From Blepharisma stoltei ATCC 30299 (Eukaryota; Protista; Ciliophora), in NCBI GenBank assembly GCA_965603825.1, contig CBFDEM010000021.1, positions 744,001-808,000 of the forward strand: a DNA stretch of 64,000 nucleotides, given 5' to 3'. Both the position numbers and the translations under genes were made by a program. The stretch's first letter is position 1. Every line of letters begins with the position of its first letter. Of the stretch, positions 1 to 13,288 are shown in pieces. Under the pieces are notes generated by a model. The model was not told the DNA's origin, did no database searches, and saw only the letters and a program-made list of their open reading frames with translations.

Positions 1-1124
1 GGAACGGGCAAGAAATTTCCATTTTGGTCCTTTTTGCCCAGAGTCCATTCAACTTGATAAGCTTGCCCATAAACGAAATCAATATCCCATGGATCACCAG
101 TGATCATATTTCTTGTGATTTTATAGTGAATAAGAGTATCAGTGACTTCAACTGTTGAAATAATGTCATTTGTTCCTCCTAGCAGCACATCGTCAGTATG
201 TTTAACAGTGTCAGTTTTCGTGTAACCATCGACTAAAGCTCCATTAGGAAGATCTGCATAGTAGCTGTCTCTTACATACTCATCCTGCGGCAAATATGAT
301 GGCTGGAACTGGAAAATTACGTAATGGTAGTCTTTAGCGGTCCATTGGGGAATGAAAATGTCAAGAGTAATTTTGTCTGGAACACTCAGATCCCAAGCTA
401 CAGACATACCTCTCGCTAAAAATTCAGTTGCGATTCCCTTATTAAATTGTAAACCATCGAAATTAGTTGCCTGATCTCTTAAAGCTTTGAGTTCTGGACC
501 AATGCTTTTTCTTTCTTCTTTGGCCTTTTCTGAGTTGAAATTTGGAATTCCAGTTAGATCTTTTTCGTGCCAAGGGCCATATCTTCTTCTATCATCGTCA
601 TTCTTATCATTATAATCATCCATCATTAAAAAGTATTCAAAGCCCATATACCTCAAGCTATGCTGCTCAATAATTCCATCAATTATTGGACCTAGAGCCC
701 ACTTTATTTGATATGGTCTTTTGTAACTGAATTGGACGTCATACTCATCTCCAGTTTGCAGCTTTCTTGTCATGCTTTGCACTAAATAATTTCCATCATA
801 TCTACGTTCTGAAGTAATATCGTCAGTTCCTCCTAAGTCGGTATCAAATGGAGGCCTACCGTTAACGGTAGAAAATCTGTCGGTGAAGACTCCTCCGTCC
901 ATGAATGCGATGTAATAATCACAACGAAAAGTTTCTTGAGAGTCTGCAGCATCTTGAATTGCTATACCAGCCCAGTCAAAAATCTTTTCGTATTGGCTTG
1001 GAATCCAAAATTCCATTGTCACTGTTTCTTGATCAGGGAAAAAGTACTTGAACATCATTCCATAAGGGAAATATTCAACACTTAGACTAGACGTTAGACA
1101 GAGTAGTGATATGAAATATATCAT
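1..1124 (-). CDS. Secreted tandem DOMON-domain protein (3' end outside window)
   Basis: ATG at 1124 and an open frame to the window edge. Signal peptide MIYFISLLCLTSSLS. Two repeats with DOMON hallmarks: DWAGIAI..D..DRFS...PPFDTDLGGTDDI...TRKLQTGDEYD...IKWALG...QH, and DDVLLGGTNDII...TRNMITGDPWD...VEWTLG. Absent from the ORF track. Confidence 0.75.
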   Translation of the reverse strand, partial: MIYFISLLCLTSSLSVEYFPYGMMFKYFFPDQETVTMEFWIPSQYEKIFDWAGIAIQDAADSQETFRCDYYIAFMDGGVFTDRFSTVNGRPPFDTDLGGTDDITSERRYDGNYLVQSMTRKLQTGDEYDVQFSYKRPYQIKWALGPIIDGIIEQHSLRYMGFEYFLMMDDYNDKNDDDRRRYGPWHEKDLTGIPNFNSEKAKEERKSIGPELKALRDQATNFDGLQFNKGIATEFLARGMSVAWDLSVPDKITLDIFIPQWTAKDYHYVIFQFQPSYLPQDEYVRDSYYADLPNGALVDGYTKTDTVKHTDDVLLGGTNDIISTVEVTDTLIHYKITRNMITGDPWDIDFVYGQAYQVEWTLGKKDQNGNFLPV

Positions 1125-2617
1125 TTTATTTTTATATTTAAATAATCCGTTAATAAATTTATGTATATGCTAACCGTTTTTATAGGTAAATGAACACAAA
1201 AGAAATTCTTAGATATGTTTAACGAATTAATAGAGCTTAAAGAAATCTTCAATAACAAGAGGATCTTGCTTTTAAATATTTGGATAAAAGATTCTAATAA
1301 TATAGAATATGAATGGGTTCTTAAAATTGAAGAATTTCTTCACTCATATTCAGATTGTATATAAATAATCAAAACTGCATATAAATTGTATGATGTTTTA
1401 AAGGTTTAAGTTTATATAATTATTTCTAAAAAATTAGTGAATGCTAACTATTAATAACAAAATAAAATCTTTAAGCTTATACTCATTATTTGCTTCTACA
1501 ATTATTATAAAGATTAAAATCAATAAGATAAATTTTGTTCTCTAATTGAAATTTGTAAATAGGAATACATAAATGAAGAAGATGGAAAGAATGCATATCA
1601 GACCACGTAAATAGATTTAAGCAAGGTCAGCAATATACATTTGAAGACTATTCATCTAAAATATAAGGTTTTACTTGGATTCAAAGCTTCTTTCCATTTT
1701 TCATTAGTTGAAAATACACAACGTTGTCGATTAAAGGACATTGTTACTTGATTCAGGATTGATATCAAGAAGTAATATGATTTCATCAGTCATTTGAAGC
1801 AAATTCATATATAAATATAGCCAATATTTGCTTCCAATAATATTAAATTGGAATTAAAATTATGATTTCTTTTGGCATTCATTTTAAAGCATGAAAAATG
1901 AAGTCTTTTTGATTGTTAAAATAATAAAGTGTTTTAAAAATAAAGAAAAGTAATTGTTTAATTGCTAGCAAAAAATAAAATGAAATACAGCAGTGAGCAA
2001 TAAAAATTCCAGAAGACATACAAAATAAGCCTTGCTATTTTTCGTCATTGAAAAAAAAAATGTAAGTCAAGCGAATAATGCATTCATTAATTCATAGAAT
2101 TATATAAAATAAACTAAATAAGTGCTTTCCATATAAATATTAGGCAAAATTTTAGATTAGCGCTAGAGCTGTGCTAAATCTATCCATATATGCACCATTT
2201 TATTTCTTTAATTTCTATTTGAACAAATTATAAAGTACTCAAAGAGATAAGTTTCAAACAATTCTTAACTGTTGGCAAAAGTCTTAAAAAATTTCTTATC
2301 ATTTTTAATTTTAAGTGTACAGCCTATTTTCTTCTTTTGTATTGCAATATATAGGTGCAAAAAATAAATTTGGAAGGATGTTCAAATAAGCAAGGGTTTT
2401 TGCTTTAGAAGCAATTATTTAATTAGCAAAGCTAAATAAGGCAGTCTGATTTCTTCAGCTGAATAAAACTCAACTTCAACTGCTTTATCCTTCTTAGCCT
2501 AGTCTTCACTTTAAGTCAATTTAGGCTGCTTCAAGTAATATTCTCATGTCAAAATTCCTCTATCTTTTCCCAAACGGTAATAAATCAATGGACTTCTAAT
2601 AATATATTTTATTCAGA

Positions 2618-5600
2618 ATGCAAAATAGGGTCGACAGTGCACGCAAATACTTAACTTTGGTTAGAAATAAATTCAAAGAGAATGGCGAAAAATATGAGGA
2701 GTTCCTTCAAATCATGAAAGCTTTTAAAGAGCAAAGGTAAAAATTATGCAGGATGGATACTGAAGCTGTATGCAAGCGCGTTCAAGAACTTTTTAAAGGC
2801 CACCGAGTTCTTTTATTAGAGTTCAATAAGCTGATTCCTCAAAACTACCGAATTTCTATAGAGTCCCGCCCTCATTATAATGAAGCAATTGACTATATGC
2901 GCCGAGTTAAAGAAGAAACGAAGCATGACCCTGCAATTTATGAGGAGTTTATAAGGATCCTTAAGCTCTACCAAAACAAAGAGATGTCCCTTGACGATGT
3001 CAACAACTCAGTAAAAAAACTGATGGTGGATTTCCCTTCCCTTATAGACTCCTTCAAAGCATTCTTACCGAATTACTATGACGACTCTTCATCAGAAGAA
3101 AAAGAGGAGCCCTCCTATTCCAAGCCTTCTAAAAAGCGCAAAGAAATAGTTCCTACCGCCACTTTAACAGTCGAAAAATTAGTAATTGAAGAAATCGCTG
3201 AGCCAATAGGGAAAAATGAAGTCATTTTTTTTACAAAACTCAAAAAAGTCCTCGATTGTAATTCCCAGCCAAACACTGATTATTTCTTAGAGTTCAGCCA
3301 AGTTTTTCAGTTGTATACTGACTGCATCATTACGAAAGTTGAGCTGCTAAAAGTGGTTGAGCCTCTGTTTAAATTAACAGACTATCATAAGTTTTTAAAC
3401 CCCAGATCTCCAGGGGTAAGAAGGTACCAAAAAGAAGAAAACCCTGAGCTCCTTCAATTCGTGCAGCATCAGCTCAGTGATTTCTTCGAAACTTTGAAAG
3501 CAACTGCAACAAGCCGTGAAAGCAATAGGAGAAAGCATGGATGATTTTTTAGGCCTCTTTCAGACTTCGATACAGGAAAAGCAAAAAGAAATGGTCATAG
3601 CTATTTGCAAGTGCAAAGACCTTCAATAAAACGCCATAGAGTTTACCCATATGACAGCAAATGAATTTCTGTGCCTTATGGGTCTGAAGATTTCTCATTC
3701 AGAAATTTCAGGAAGAACGCTTTTGAAGACGCACTGTTTAAATGTGAAGACGAAAGGTATGAACTTGATATGACAATCGAATGCGCATTGTTTACACTAA
3801 GGATGCTTGAAAGTGCAGAAAGTAAAATGAAAAGTTTGCCAATTGACCAGCAAAAAACGTTCCAATTAGATGAAAAGTTTATGGCAAGTTTAAGGCTCAG
3901 ATCAATTCAAAGTATTTACTCTGAGCACGCTTCTAAAATAGTAGAAACGTTAAAAATTAATCCAGCAAGGGCGTTGCCTGTAGTTATCGCAAGGATTAAA
4001 AGCAAAGTAGATGCTTGGAAAAATATAAGTAAGCCTGAAAGCGATAGAACTTGGGACGAAACTATAGAAAAAAATTTCTATAAATCTCTTGATCATAGAT
4101 CTTTTTACTTTAAGCAGAATGAGAAGAAAATGATGAATCCAAAGTCCTTTTTAATGGAGGCTAAATCGAGGTCATTAAATTTGGCAGCAAAAAAATCACA
4201 GCTCAGAAAATATTTAGAAGATAAAACAATAGACCAAGACTATGACATAATCGGAGGGTCACGAAACCAGGTGTTTTTTAACTCTTTTGCAGGGCTTTCT
4301 GGAGCAGTTTATCACAAACTCCCTGAGAATTTTGCTGATGATATACTTTTGGAGTTTAAAGAACTTGATATGCCAGATCATGCACTTACATCTAACAATG
4401 GAATAGAATATGCAACTTTACCTCAATTTCGGCTTCTGTTCAACTATCAGCCAGTTTTAAATGACGCTCTCAGGATTTTGCTGTATGCAGCAGAAAAATC
4501 AAATTTATCTGGAAAAGAAAAAATAAACCAATGGGTCACAGTATTATTCCAAGACTTTTTGGAACTTAGCCTTCCATCAGATATCGTCAATCACAAAGTT
4601 GAGGATTTTTTTGAGAGCATTCCAGAAGACGAAAGCCAGATAATTCCTAATAATTATGAGGACATTGAAATGACAAAGAAAATCATTAGTAAATGGATTG
4701 ACCCTGAAAACTCCCAAGAGATTGAAAAAGACGACAATTCTGTGTCTGATCTTGGACACGACCCAATCTCACTGAAAAAAGACCAATCTTTTGCAGCGTT
4801 TATTCCGTTAATGAAGAAACATAATATTATGTATTGTCCAAGCACAGTTTATTGCTTTTTGAGATTCTTCTTTGTGATGTATGAAAGACTCTTAAAGGTA
4901 AAAATGGTTTTAAATCAAGAAGCCAAAGAAAATCCGCCTATTGAGACAGGTGAATATCATTTTACAGACCAGGCACAAGCAGAATATTTGGGATTTTTAA
5001 AATCTGTTTGTTTGGTTTTGAAGAACACCTATGATAGTGCAAAATTCGAAGATAAATGCAGAATGCTTCTGGGAAACGATGCTTATGTGCTTTTTACCTT
5101 CGATAAGCTTGCAGTTTACACAGCAAAGGCTTTGCATGCTTTAGCCCATGACGAAATCGCAACAAAATCCTTGCCTTTCTTTCAAAGATTTAGCAGATCT
5201 AAGCTAAATGAAGAAGTGTATATGGCAGATTTCTTGAGAAGCGTCCCAAGCCACCAACTCTTCAGACTTCACTGAAACGTGGATTTCAAAATTTTGTGCA
5301 TCACTTATATAGAAAGTCCTTATGAAAAACTTCAGGAGCCTGGAATAAAGCACTCCTTGAAGTATGCAAAAGAATTCACAAACGAAATTTGTGAAACATC
5401 ATTAGAAGATGAGTTGAAATTTCTGTTTGAAAGGCTTGACATTTATTATCAGCATTATAATATAACACAAAATGATGTTGCAAATCAATTGGAGTTTATG
5501 AATGGGATAAAGATTGGGCTGTATGAAAGTTCGCTTAAGATGCATTTCATTCCTGAGCACGAAGAGCATTTATTTAACACAAAATTTTACAAAAATCATT

Positions 5601-5719
5601 TACTTTTAGCAACAGAGGAAGATACGTATATATGCAAAGATAAAAATTCTTACATTCAAAAATTGACAGAGATAGGCCAAATGAAGTTCCAGAAGTGGAG
5701 AGAGACTAATCAAAGATAA
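2618..5719 (+). CDS. SIN3: Paired amphipathic helix protein Sin3 (HDAC co-repressor scaffold)
   Basis: ATG 2618; 15-nt intron 2737-2751; PAH repeats (ARKYLTLVRNKF..YEEFLQIMKAFK; AIDYMRRVKE..YEEFIRILK); HID motif W-ISVPYGSEDFSF..FKCEDERYELD and KSLDHRSFYFKQ; C-terminal YVLFTFDKL. TGA read as Trp at 3542, 3662 and 5273; ends TAA. Confidence 0.93.
2737..2751 (+). other. 15-nt spliceosomal intron (GT..CAG)
   Basis: gtaaaaattatgcag; contains an in-frame TAA; removal joins the first PAH helix to MDTEAV; A at -6. Confidence 0.9.
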
Positions 5720-6126
5720 AATTATGCGTGGTAATTTGAATTGATTTCTTATTAAATAGAATAAAAAATGGGTTTTGTTCAGTGATGATCGAAATAGAGT
5801 TAAGGTTTATTTTATTTGGACAAATGTGATAGATGTCAAGGAAAATGAAAACACTAAAGAATCTATCATTATCTGGAAAAATTAATTTTATTTCTTAGTT
5901 TTTTTAAGCTGGCTAAGTGAAGCTAAAGTCAATTCTCTACCTATAGGATAATTTGATGGAATTAAAATTAAACTTCATATGAATGCATAAGAAAAATGAA
6001 AATTATTCTGGAAAAGAATTAAATATAATTACTATAATAACTCAAAATAAAAAATAATGAATAGGAATTAAATTATTTACGATAAAAGAAAGTAAAATTT
6101 ATATAATTTGTACAATTTAAGCCAAT

Positions 6127-6972
6127 TTAAATTTTGAGTCAATTTATTCTTTTCCCATTTTTTCATAACCCTTTGACAGTTTTGCTGGTTTTATTCTTTG
6201 AATCCAAGCATGTATAAATTCCTATGCCATCTTGCTTCCCGTCAGCTCAATTTCCTTTATAAATCCTTCCTTCAGGCCAAAATAGCTCCCCATATCCATG
6301 CTTGTTATCATTTTTGAAATATCCAATATATTTTCTTCCATCTTCCCAAGTGTATTCCCCTTGCCCTTCCATTTTGCCACCAACTCAGTAGCCTTTATAC
6401 TTATTGCCATTAGCCCATTTCCTTATTCCATATCCATCACAAAGATCGTTTCTGAACTCTCCTTCATAAAAGCCATCATCATGATATTTTAGCTTCCCAT
6501 ACCCTTGCCTTTTTCCATCAATAAAATTTCCAGTATATACCGTTCCATCGCTTAACTTTAATTTTCCTTTGCCATTAGGCATACCATTTCGTGAGAAGCC
6601 TTCATATTCTGAGCCGTCATCATTAACTATATATATGGTTGGTGATGTGTCTCCGCTTTTAATTTTTTCGTCATATTTTCTGAAATTCAGGGGTAATTTG
6701 CTGACAGGTGAGATTTCAGACTGCGATTTTCGCCGGGATTTTAACTTTTTTATTAATTTTCTTGCTAAAAACCCTCGAAACGCAGACTGAATTATGATAT
6801 TGCATTGATGATTCATTGTTGGCAACGAAGAAAAAATCATAATTGTGGGCTGATCGTACATTTCTAGGTCTGTGACGTCTTGATAGCACGTTGTGTCTTT
6901 AGAATTTTGTAAAAGTTCGATGTTTTTCGTTTCTAAAGTGTTCCCTGATAGACAAGAGCATCGTCCTCCCAT
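6127..6972 (-). CDS. N-acylated IQ-motif + MORN-repeat protein
   Basis: MGGRCSC N-terminus; IQSAFRGFLARK; MORN repeats YxGxW/F..G..xGxG continue through TGA (YKGYW, YKGNW, KGLW) to TAA at 6127; 281 aa. Confidence 0.9.
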
Positions 6973-7376
6973 TTTTCACTGAAATTTATCGTAATTCGGT
7001 TTATGTTCTCTTATTATTCTATTTTCAATTGTAAACAGTTGATTTTTAAAAGGTCTCATATACATATATCTAACCAATATTATAAGGATATCGACTTGAT
7101 TTATTTTAGTAGTCGTTATTTTAAGATTTAAATCCATCTTATTTTATTTTCGTTAAAGATAAGAGGAATTAATTATTAGCTCATTCATAGGAATAGCCTT
7201 GATAAAAAATATCTAGAACTGGGAATAGCTTTTTATTGGCAAAATAATAAAATTTGCTCATATTAGAAAATACATTTTTGGATAAAGGATCTTTTAAAAG
7301 AAAAGAAATGGATAAATTCTTAATTATGAAATAGAGCATTTAGACTAATTAAAATAAAAATAAAAACATAATTAAT

Positions 7377-8417
7377 TTAGCAATTTGGCTTCGCCTTGTT
7401 CATTTCTTTTAAGGACTCTTGGATTCCCCATTCTAGCATAGCATCATCGTCCCCTAAAACTTCTTTTGGACATCCTCCAGGGCCAAATGTTCTCCTTTCT
7501 ATGAATTCAGGAAGATTTTTAAAATTAGGAAGAGGTAGTTGAGCACAAAGTAATGTTGTATAAAAGAATTGAGCAACCTTTTCAAGAAAATATTGAGGTC
7601 TTGCTGAATTATGATCTCCTTCAATATACAAAATATCTTTGTCTCCCTTATAAGCGTCATAGACTGCTTGCGTATGATGAGATGGCACAAAGTCATCGTC
7701 CTTGCCAGTTACAAAGAGTGCAGGCTGGTAGCAGGTTTCAGCTCTTTCAATTGGATTTAATGAATCCATATCAAATTCAGCTTTTTCTTTCACTGTTTGC
7801 TTAACTCGATTGTAAAATCATTTCAAAATGAATGATGGAGTGCTTGTGTATTTTCTGCTTAATTCTAATGCAAGCTCTCGCAAGTTGGAGTACGGACTGT
7901 CTAAGACCATGCTTGCAATTTGCATGTTTTGGCTGGCATGATAAATAGCTGTTACTGCTCCCATGCTTCTTCCCCAAAGCCCAATGCAACCAACTCTTCG
8001 CTTTTCTCTCAAATATTCGACGAGTTTTTCTAAGTCATACCTCTCAAAATATCCCAAAGAAATATAAGTTCCTTCAGAATTTCCACATCCTGACCAATCA
8101 AAGGCGACAACTGTGGTGTTTGCTGGCAATAAAATGGGCACAGCTGTAAGTCCTTCTAATCTGCAGCTACAATTTCCATGCAAGTAAATAACACATGGCA
8201 ATATTTCTGCCACTCTTTCGTCCTCTGCAGGCTCAAAATGGGAGCATAGAATTCTACATCCTTTAATGCTTATAATGCTAAAATCAGTTCTTGTATAAAT
8301 TCGATCATCTATTGCAAATTCTGCTGGCCCTAAATCATCGTTGGAGTATCCTTCTCTATCAGGCCTGATGATGGATTTTCATAGCATTTCATATCCTTCA
8401 GAAATACTTTTAAACAT
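7377..8417 (-). CDS. Alpha/beta hydrolase with C-terminal UIM-like helix
   Basis: ATG 8417 (MFKSISEGYEMLWKSIIRP); YLHGNCS; nucleophile elbow WGRSMG; Asp in DDDFV; His in GDHNS; tail DDDAMLEWGIQESLKE. TGA=Trp joins the ORF pieces. Confidence 0.88.
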
Positions 8418-8521
8418 ATTTAAAATTATAGTTAATTTTTGAGGCATCAAATACTTTAAATTGAGTTTAAAAGAACCTAAACTATATTCATAGCATCTAT
8501 TTTGTAATTTTTATGAAATAA

Positions 8522-9553
8522 TTAAAGTCCTTTTGCATAATAATTTGCTGACACTGCTGAAAAATCTCCATAAGACATCCCCTTTCTAAATCTTTCCCCT
8601 AAAGGTGGCAGGCCTTCGTATTCAATTAATATTTTAGATAAATCTTCAGGAGTGTCGAAAATCATACCCATTTTTGGAACAAAAAATAAAGCAAAAGTAC
8701 ATCTTGCAGGATCAGGGAAGCGTTCAGACGATAATACACAATGGGAGTAGCTTGCAAATATCCATGAGTGATAATTTGAGCGGCTTCTCCAATCTGAAAA
8801 ATCAGAGAATCGTTTTTGAGGGAAGCTTTGAAAATTTCACCTTTTCTACTTTTAACGAAGAGTCCTACATGGTCCTCATCATATTCATTTTCTGATAAAG
8901 TTTCTCCTGTACTTTGGCTTAGATATTAGGGCATGATAATCCTGTAATGGCTCCGAAATCACGATGCCAAGATACTCAATCATCGTTACGGCCAAAAGGC
9001 ACATAATATAATAACCGAAAAACATGATCTTTATTATTTATCATGATATCTTCAAGCAAGTTATCTTTATAGCGAATATTTCTTGATTTTACATATTGAT
9101 CTAGATGCTGAGCCAGCAAATGCCCAACTCTTGCAATGGCATTTCCAAAATCATTCATGGCTTTCTGCATTCCTGGTAGTGTTTCAAATGGTCATATTTT
9201 AAAGTTTCTGATTAATCATGCTCTAACAATCCTTGATAGCAGTTTTTAAAATCATTCTTTTTTCCTAAAATAGGTTCTTTTCCTTCTCTTCAACCGTAAA
9301 AGTAGTTTATTTCCGGCCTTAAAATTTTAGATTTCTCGCTTGCTGGGAGGTTATACAGTAATCTTCCATATGAAAGAGCAGCCATTCGCTTTTCTTGATA
9401 TCATGGAATTTGAACAATAGCAATAAGTCCTAAACCATCTTCACTATATCCATCTTCAATTTTTCTGAAAAGATTTTGTCCTGTAATTAGCTCGTGATAG
9501 TTTATAGTGACAGGACTGAAGATAGTGCTGAAACGACGCAAAAGCTTTTTCAT
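8522..9553 (-). pseudogene. Frameshifted 2OG-Fe(II) dioxygenase (IPNS/DIOX-like)
   Basis: Motifs GLGLIAI, YGWREGKE, KIWPFETLP, FRLLYY, WHRDFGAITGL (HxD), FQIGEAAQII..GYLQATP/HCV and ARCTFALF are spread over different frames. Breaks at ~9212 (TAA), ~8920 (TAA) and ~8743. Confidence 0.75.
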
Positions 9554-10132
9554 TAATTAAAAAGGCTGAAAATTTTTTTAAAAAAATGCCATTTTTTGGT
9601 ATTGATTGAGATCTTGGCTTGAAAAATTTATTTTATATAAATCATTGGCATAAAGTCTTGTAAGAGTTCAGGGAGATAGGCCATAACATTAGAATTTCAT
9701 AAAAGACTAGCAATAATTTCATAAAAAATATTTTGATTATATTTCTTTTGTGGTAAAAGATTGTTAATTGAATTCCTCATTTCATCAAATAATTGGTAAT
9801 CTGTAGGCTAAAATTAATAATACTTAAGCAAGAATTTAGATAATAGCTCTAATAATAGAGATAGTCATCAAATACAATAAGATTGCTCAGCTTTATTGAA
9901 CCAAGATCTAAGTCATTTTTGACGGGTATTGGTTTTTAGACTTTTTAGAGTTTATCTTTCTTGATGTCTGAAATGAACATATTAATGAACGGCCATATTT
10001 TAATTTATAAATTATTTTAAGTATTTTCTGATTATTACATAAATCCATTATTTTTAAAAATATTACTTGGCAATTAAACCTATTTTTATAACGCTATTAT
10101 TAATCTGAATTAATTATTGGCCTGTCTTATAA

Positions 10133-10810
<678 letters not shown>

Positions 10811-11134
10811 TCAAATATGAAACCAATTATAAATTTATCAGTTCAGATGAGAATAAAATAGTAAATATACATGAGCCTGAGAAATAGATTAAAGCATCTG
10901 CACCCTCCATTTAATAACAAACACTTTTTTGCTCGTTATTAATTGGATATAGCTTATAAACTTTTAAAAAGTATTTTAGACCTATTAAAATAAAAAAGCA
11001 AGATAAAGAATGGCTTATTTAATTAGTATGCTGAGCATTATATTTAAAAGCAATATATCTTCAATATTATTGGAATATTATTTTTGAAAATTAAACTTCA
11101 ATATTTTCACCAAATATAGATTTATATTTAAAGT

Positions 11135-12193
11135 CTATGATATAGTGCAGCCATCTATAGGTGCGCACTGATCTCTTGATCTTTGTTTTTTTGCAGCCTG
11201 CTTATCATATTTTTCCCACGTTCTCAATTCATTAGTAGGAAAAGTTGTAATGCCTTCATCTTCATCGCTCTCTTCTTCACTTTCTTCTTCTTCAGAATTT
11301 GTTCCAATCTCTTCGAGATTCAGTAAGCTTGGCTTTGTCTTTTCTGGCAATAAATCTATGCTGACTTCCTCCATTTCCGTTTCCTCAAAAGCTTCTTGAG
11401 GTTTCGTCGGTGTTTTGGAAATTTCTAAAGTAACTTCATCAAATTTTGTTTGTGCTTCTTGTATTTTAAAGGGATTTTTATTAAAGCCAACTCCACTAGC
11501 TTCTTTTATTAAAGAAGGCCTTTCATTTTCTTCAGTTGATTTTTTAGAGAGTTCGGCATTTTTCTTTTTTTTACGTGGCATTTCCTCAAAATCCGTTTGG
11601 GATTGAGTTGATCTAATATTTGAGAGCACGAAGAATCCTTTACTATAAACCCTCAGCATATCATCTGGAATTATCGGAATATTTTTTTCCCCAGTAAAAG
11701 GGTCAAATCCATCAACATAGGTCATGTTGGGTGTATACAAAATATAATTATTTTGGTTAATTGATAATGTAAAACAAATAGGAGTTAATCCTTCGCTTTG
11801 ATAATCTAATTCTTCAGCCAAAAGTCTTCGCCCATCCCATCTATAATTTGTAGATTTGATTATTGGGTGAATAGGATTTAAATCTTGATTTGTAACTATT
11901 TCTTCAAGATTGTGAAGAGAATCTTGTAAGTTTTCGTTACGATTTTCAAGCAAAGGCATTAGCTTTGCTTGTTGATTTTTTGGAAAAGTTTGTATCACTT
12001 TTCTTGATTCTGATGAAGGAGTTGAAATGCGCATTAGATGCTCAATGTATGCATATTTTACTGCATCGATTAAATTCCTTGAAACAATCTCTCTGCACAT
12101 ATCAAATTTATTAAGCAATTTTGACAGTTCACCTTGATTACTGTCTATAAGTTGGCTCAAAGGCCTTCTTTGCCGAGCTAAACATTCTTCCAT
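11135..12193 (-). CDS. Hypothetical protein with acidic tract and CaaX end
   Basis: 352-aa ORF; EEEESEEESDEDE; ends CTIS then TAG. Confidence 0.8.
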   Translation of the reverse strand: MEECLARQRRPLSQLIDSNQGELSKLLNKFDMCREIVSRNLIDAVKYAYIEHLMRISTPSSESRKVIQTFPKNQQAKLMPLLENRNENLQDSLHNLEEIVTNQDLNPIHPIIKSTNYRWDGRRLLAEELDYQSEGLTPICFTLSINQNNYILYTPNMTYVDGFDPFTGEKNIPIIPDDMLRVYSKGFFVLSNIRSTQSQTDFEEMPRKKKKNAELSKKSTEENERPSLIKEASGVGFNKNPFKIQEAQTKFDEVTLEISKTPTKPQEAFEETEMEEVSIDLLPEKTKPSLLNLEEIGTNSEEEESEEESDEDEGITTFPTNELRTWEKYDKQAAKKQRSRDQCAPIDGCTIS

Positions 12194-12272
12194 AGTTTCA
12201 ACTTATAAAAAAGTTTTTTTCCCTATTGCTTATTTTTTTAGCTAAAAATACAAATTCATACTTACATTATCA

Positions 12273-12980
12273 TTATACTTTACTTGGCTTTCTGGCTTTC
12301 ACACACACATTGCTTATGGCTAGAGGCTTTACCTCATTTGAATTTTCGCATACTACAACAAGATAAAAACTATCATTAACATAATGTGAAGTTACTTCAT
12401 TTATAACAATATTGATGAAAGTAACTGTCCCGTCTTCTTGCATGCTCGCTTCTGTTGTCCCTCTTAAGATCTTTTTCCCTGATATATTTAATTGAAGCAA
12501 TTTTGGAGGATTATCCATGCTGAAGATCAAGACTTTGAATTTTTGGCTTTCAGAGATCGATATACGCTGCCCATCTTTATTTCTTACTGAAAGGGTTAAG
12601 GAGAACCCTCTTTCTTTGTAAATATTTGATGACAGTTGATTTTCCAGCTGGATTGAGTACTGGAAATCTTTACCTGATCCCATTCATTGGAAAAGTTGCT
12701 CAGTTGAGAAATTATTTGTGCTAATTTCTATTGGATCTGGCTGAGGAGTAATGTGGGACATGTTCTGTGTGCAGTCTATCAAGCGATCTAGACATTTGTT
12801 TATTTGATTGCTGTTTGCGGCAACTTGAGTGAGCAAGGAGTTCTGATAAAGTAGTATTCTGGCAAGCTGCTCTTCTTCAGTCGTTTGCATGCCGAAGTTT
12901 AAAAAATTATTGCCTTGGGTGCTTACATGGCAACCGGGATGATTACAAAACTCAGCTCTCTGAGTAAAATTGCACCACAT
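12273..12980 (-). CDS. Hypothetical protein, possible Ig-fold DNA-binding domain
   Basis: Two abutting ORFs joined by TGA=Trp at 12684-12686 give 235 aa; beta-rich C-half (GTVTFINIVINEVTSHYVNDSFYLVV) and a basic end. Confidence 0.75.
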
Positions 12981-13288
12981 AATCTAATTTAATTTGTATA
13001 AGCGATTCTGAGAATGGTTCTAGAAAATGATAGATACTTTAGATAGAAAGGTAGAAAAAGTTTAAATACTTCAAAGATATGAAGATATTTCATTATGGCA
13101 TTTTTATAATTATTGGATTAAATTATTTCCATAACTCCATTGTTAGTATAAATTTTGATAAATAAATGCCTGATATTTTAAATCTGAATGTCTTAAATTT
13201 TATTTTTGCTATGTTAAGCCTTATATCTTGTTATTAAATTTGAATTGAATTAAACATGTTTCAAAGCACTTTATTGAATTAAACCAAT

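Noticed and set aside
1125-2617. Long spacer searched for small genes or ncRNA
   Set aside because: Only short frames and one chance 15-nt GT..AG; no tRNA, snRNA or rRNA signature recognised.
9208-9227. 20-nt GT..AG segment that would repair the first dioxygenase frameshift
   Set aside because: Longer than all other introns here, and two further frameshifts would remain.
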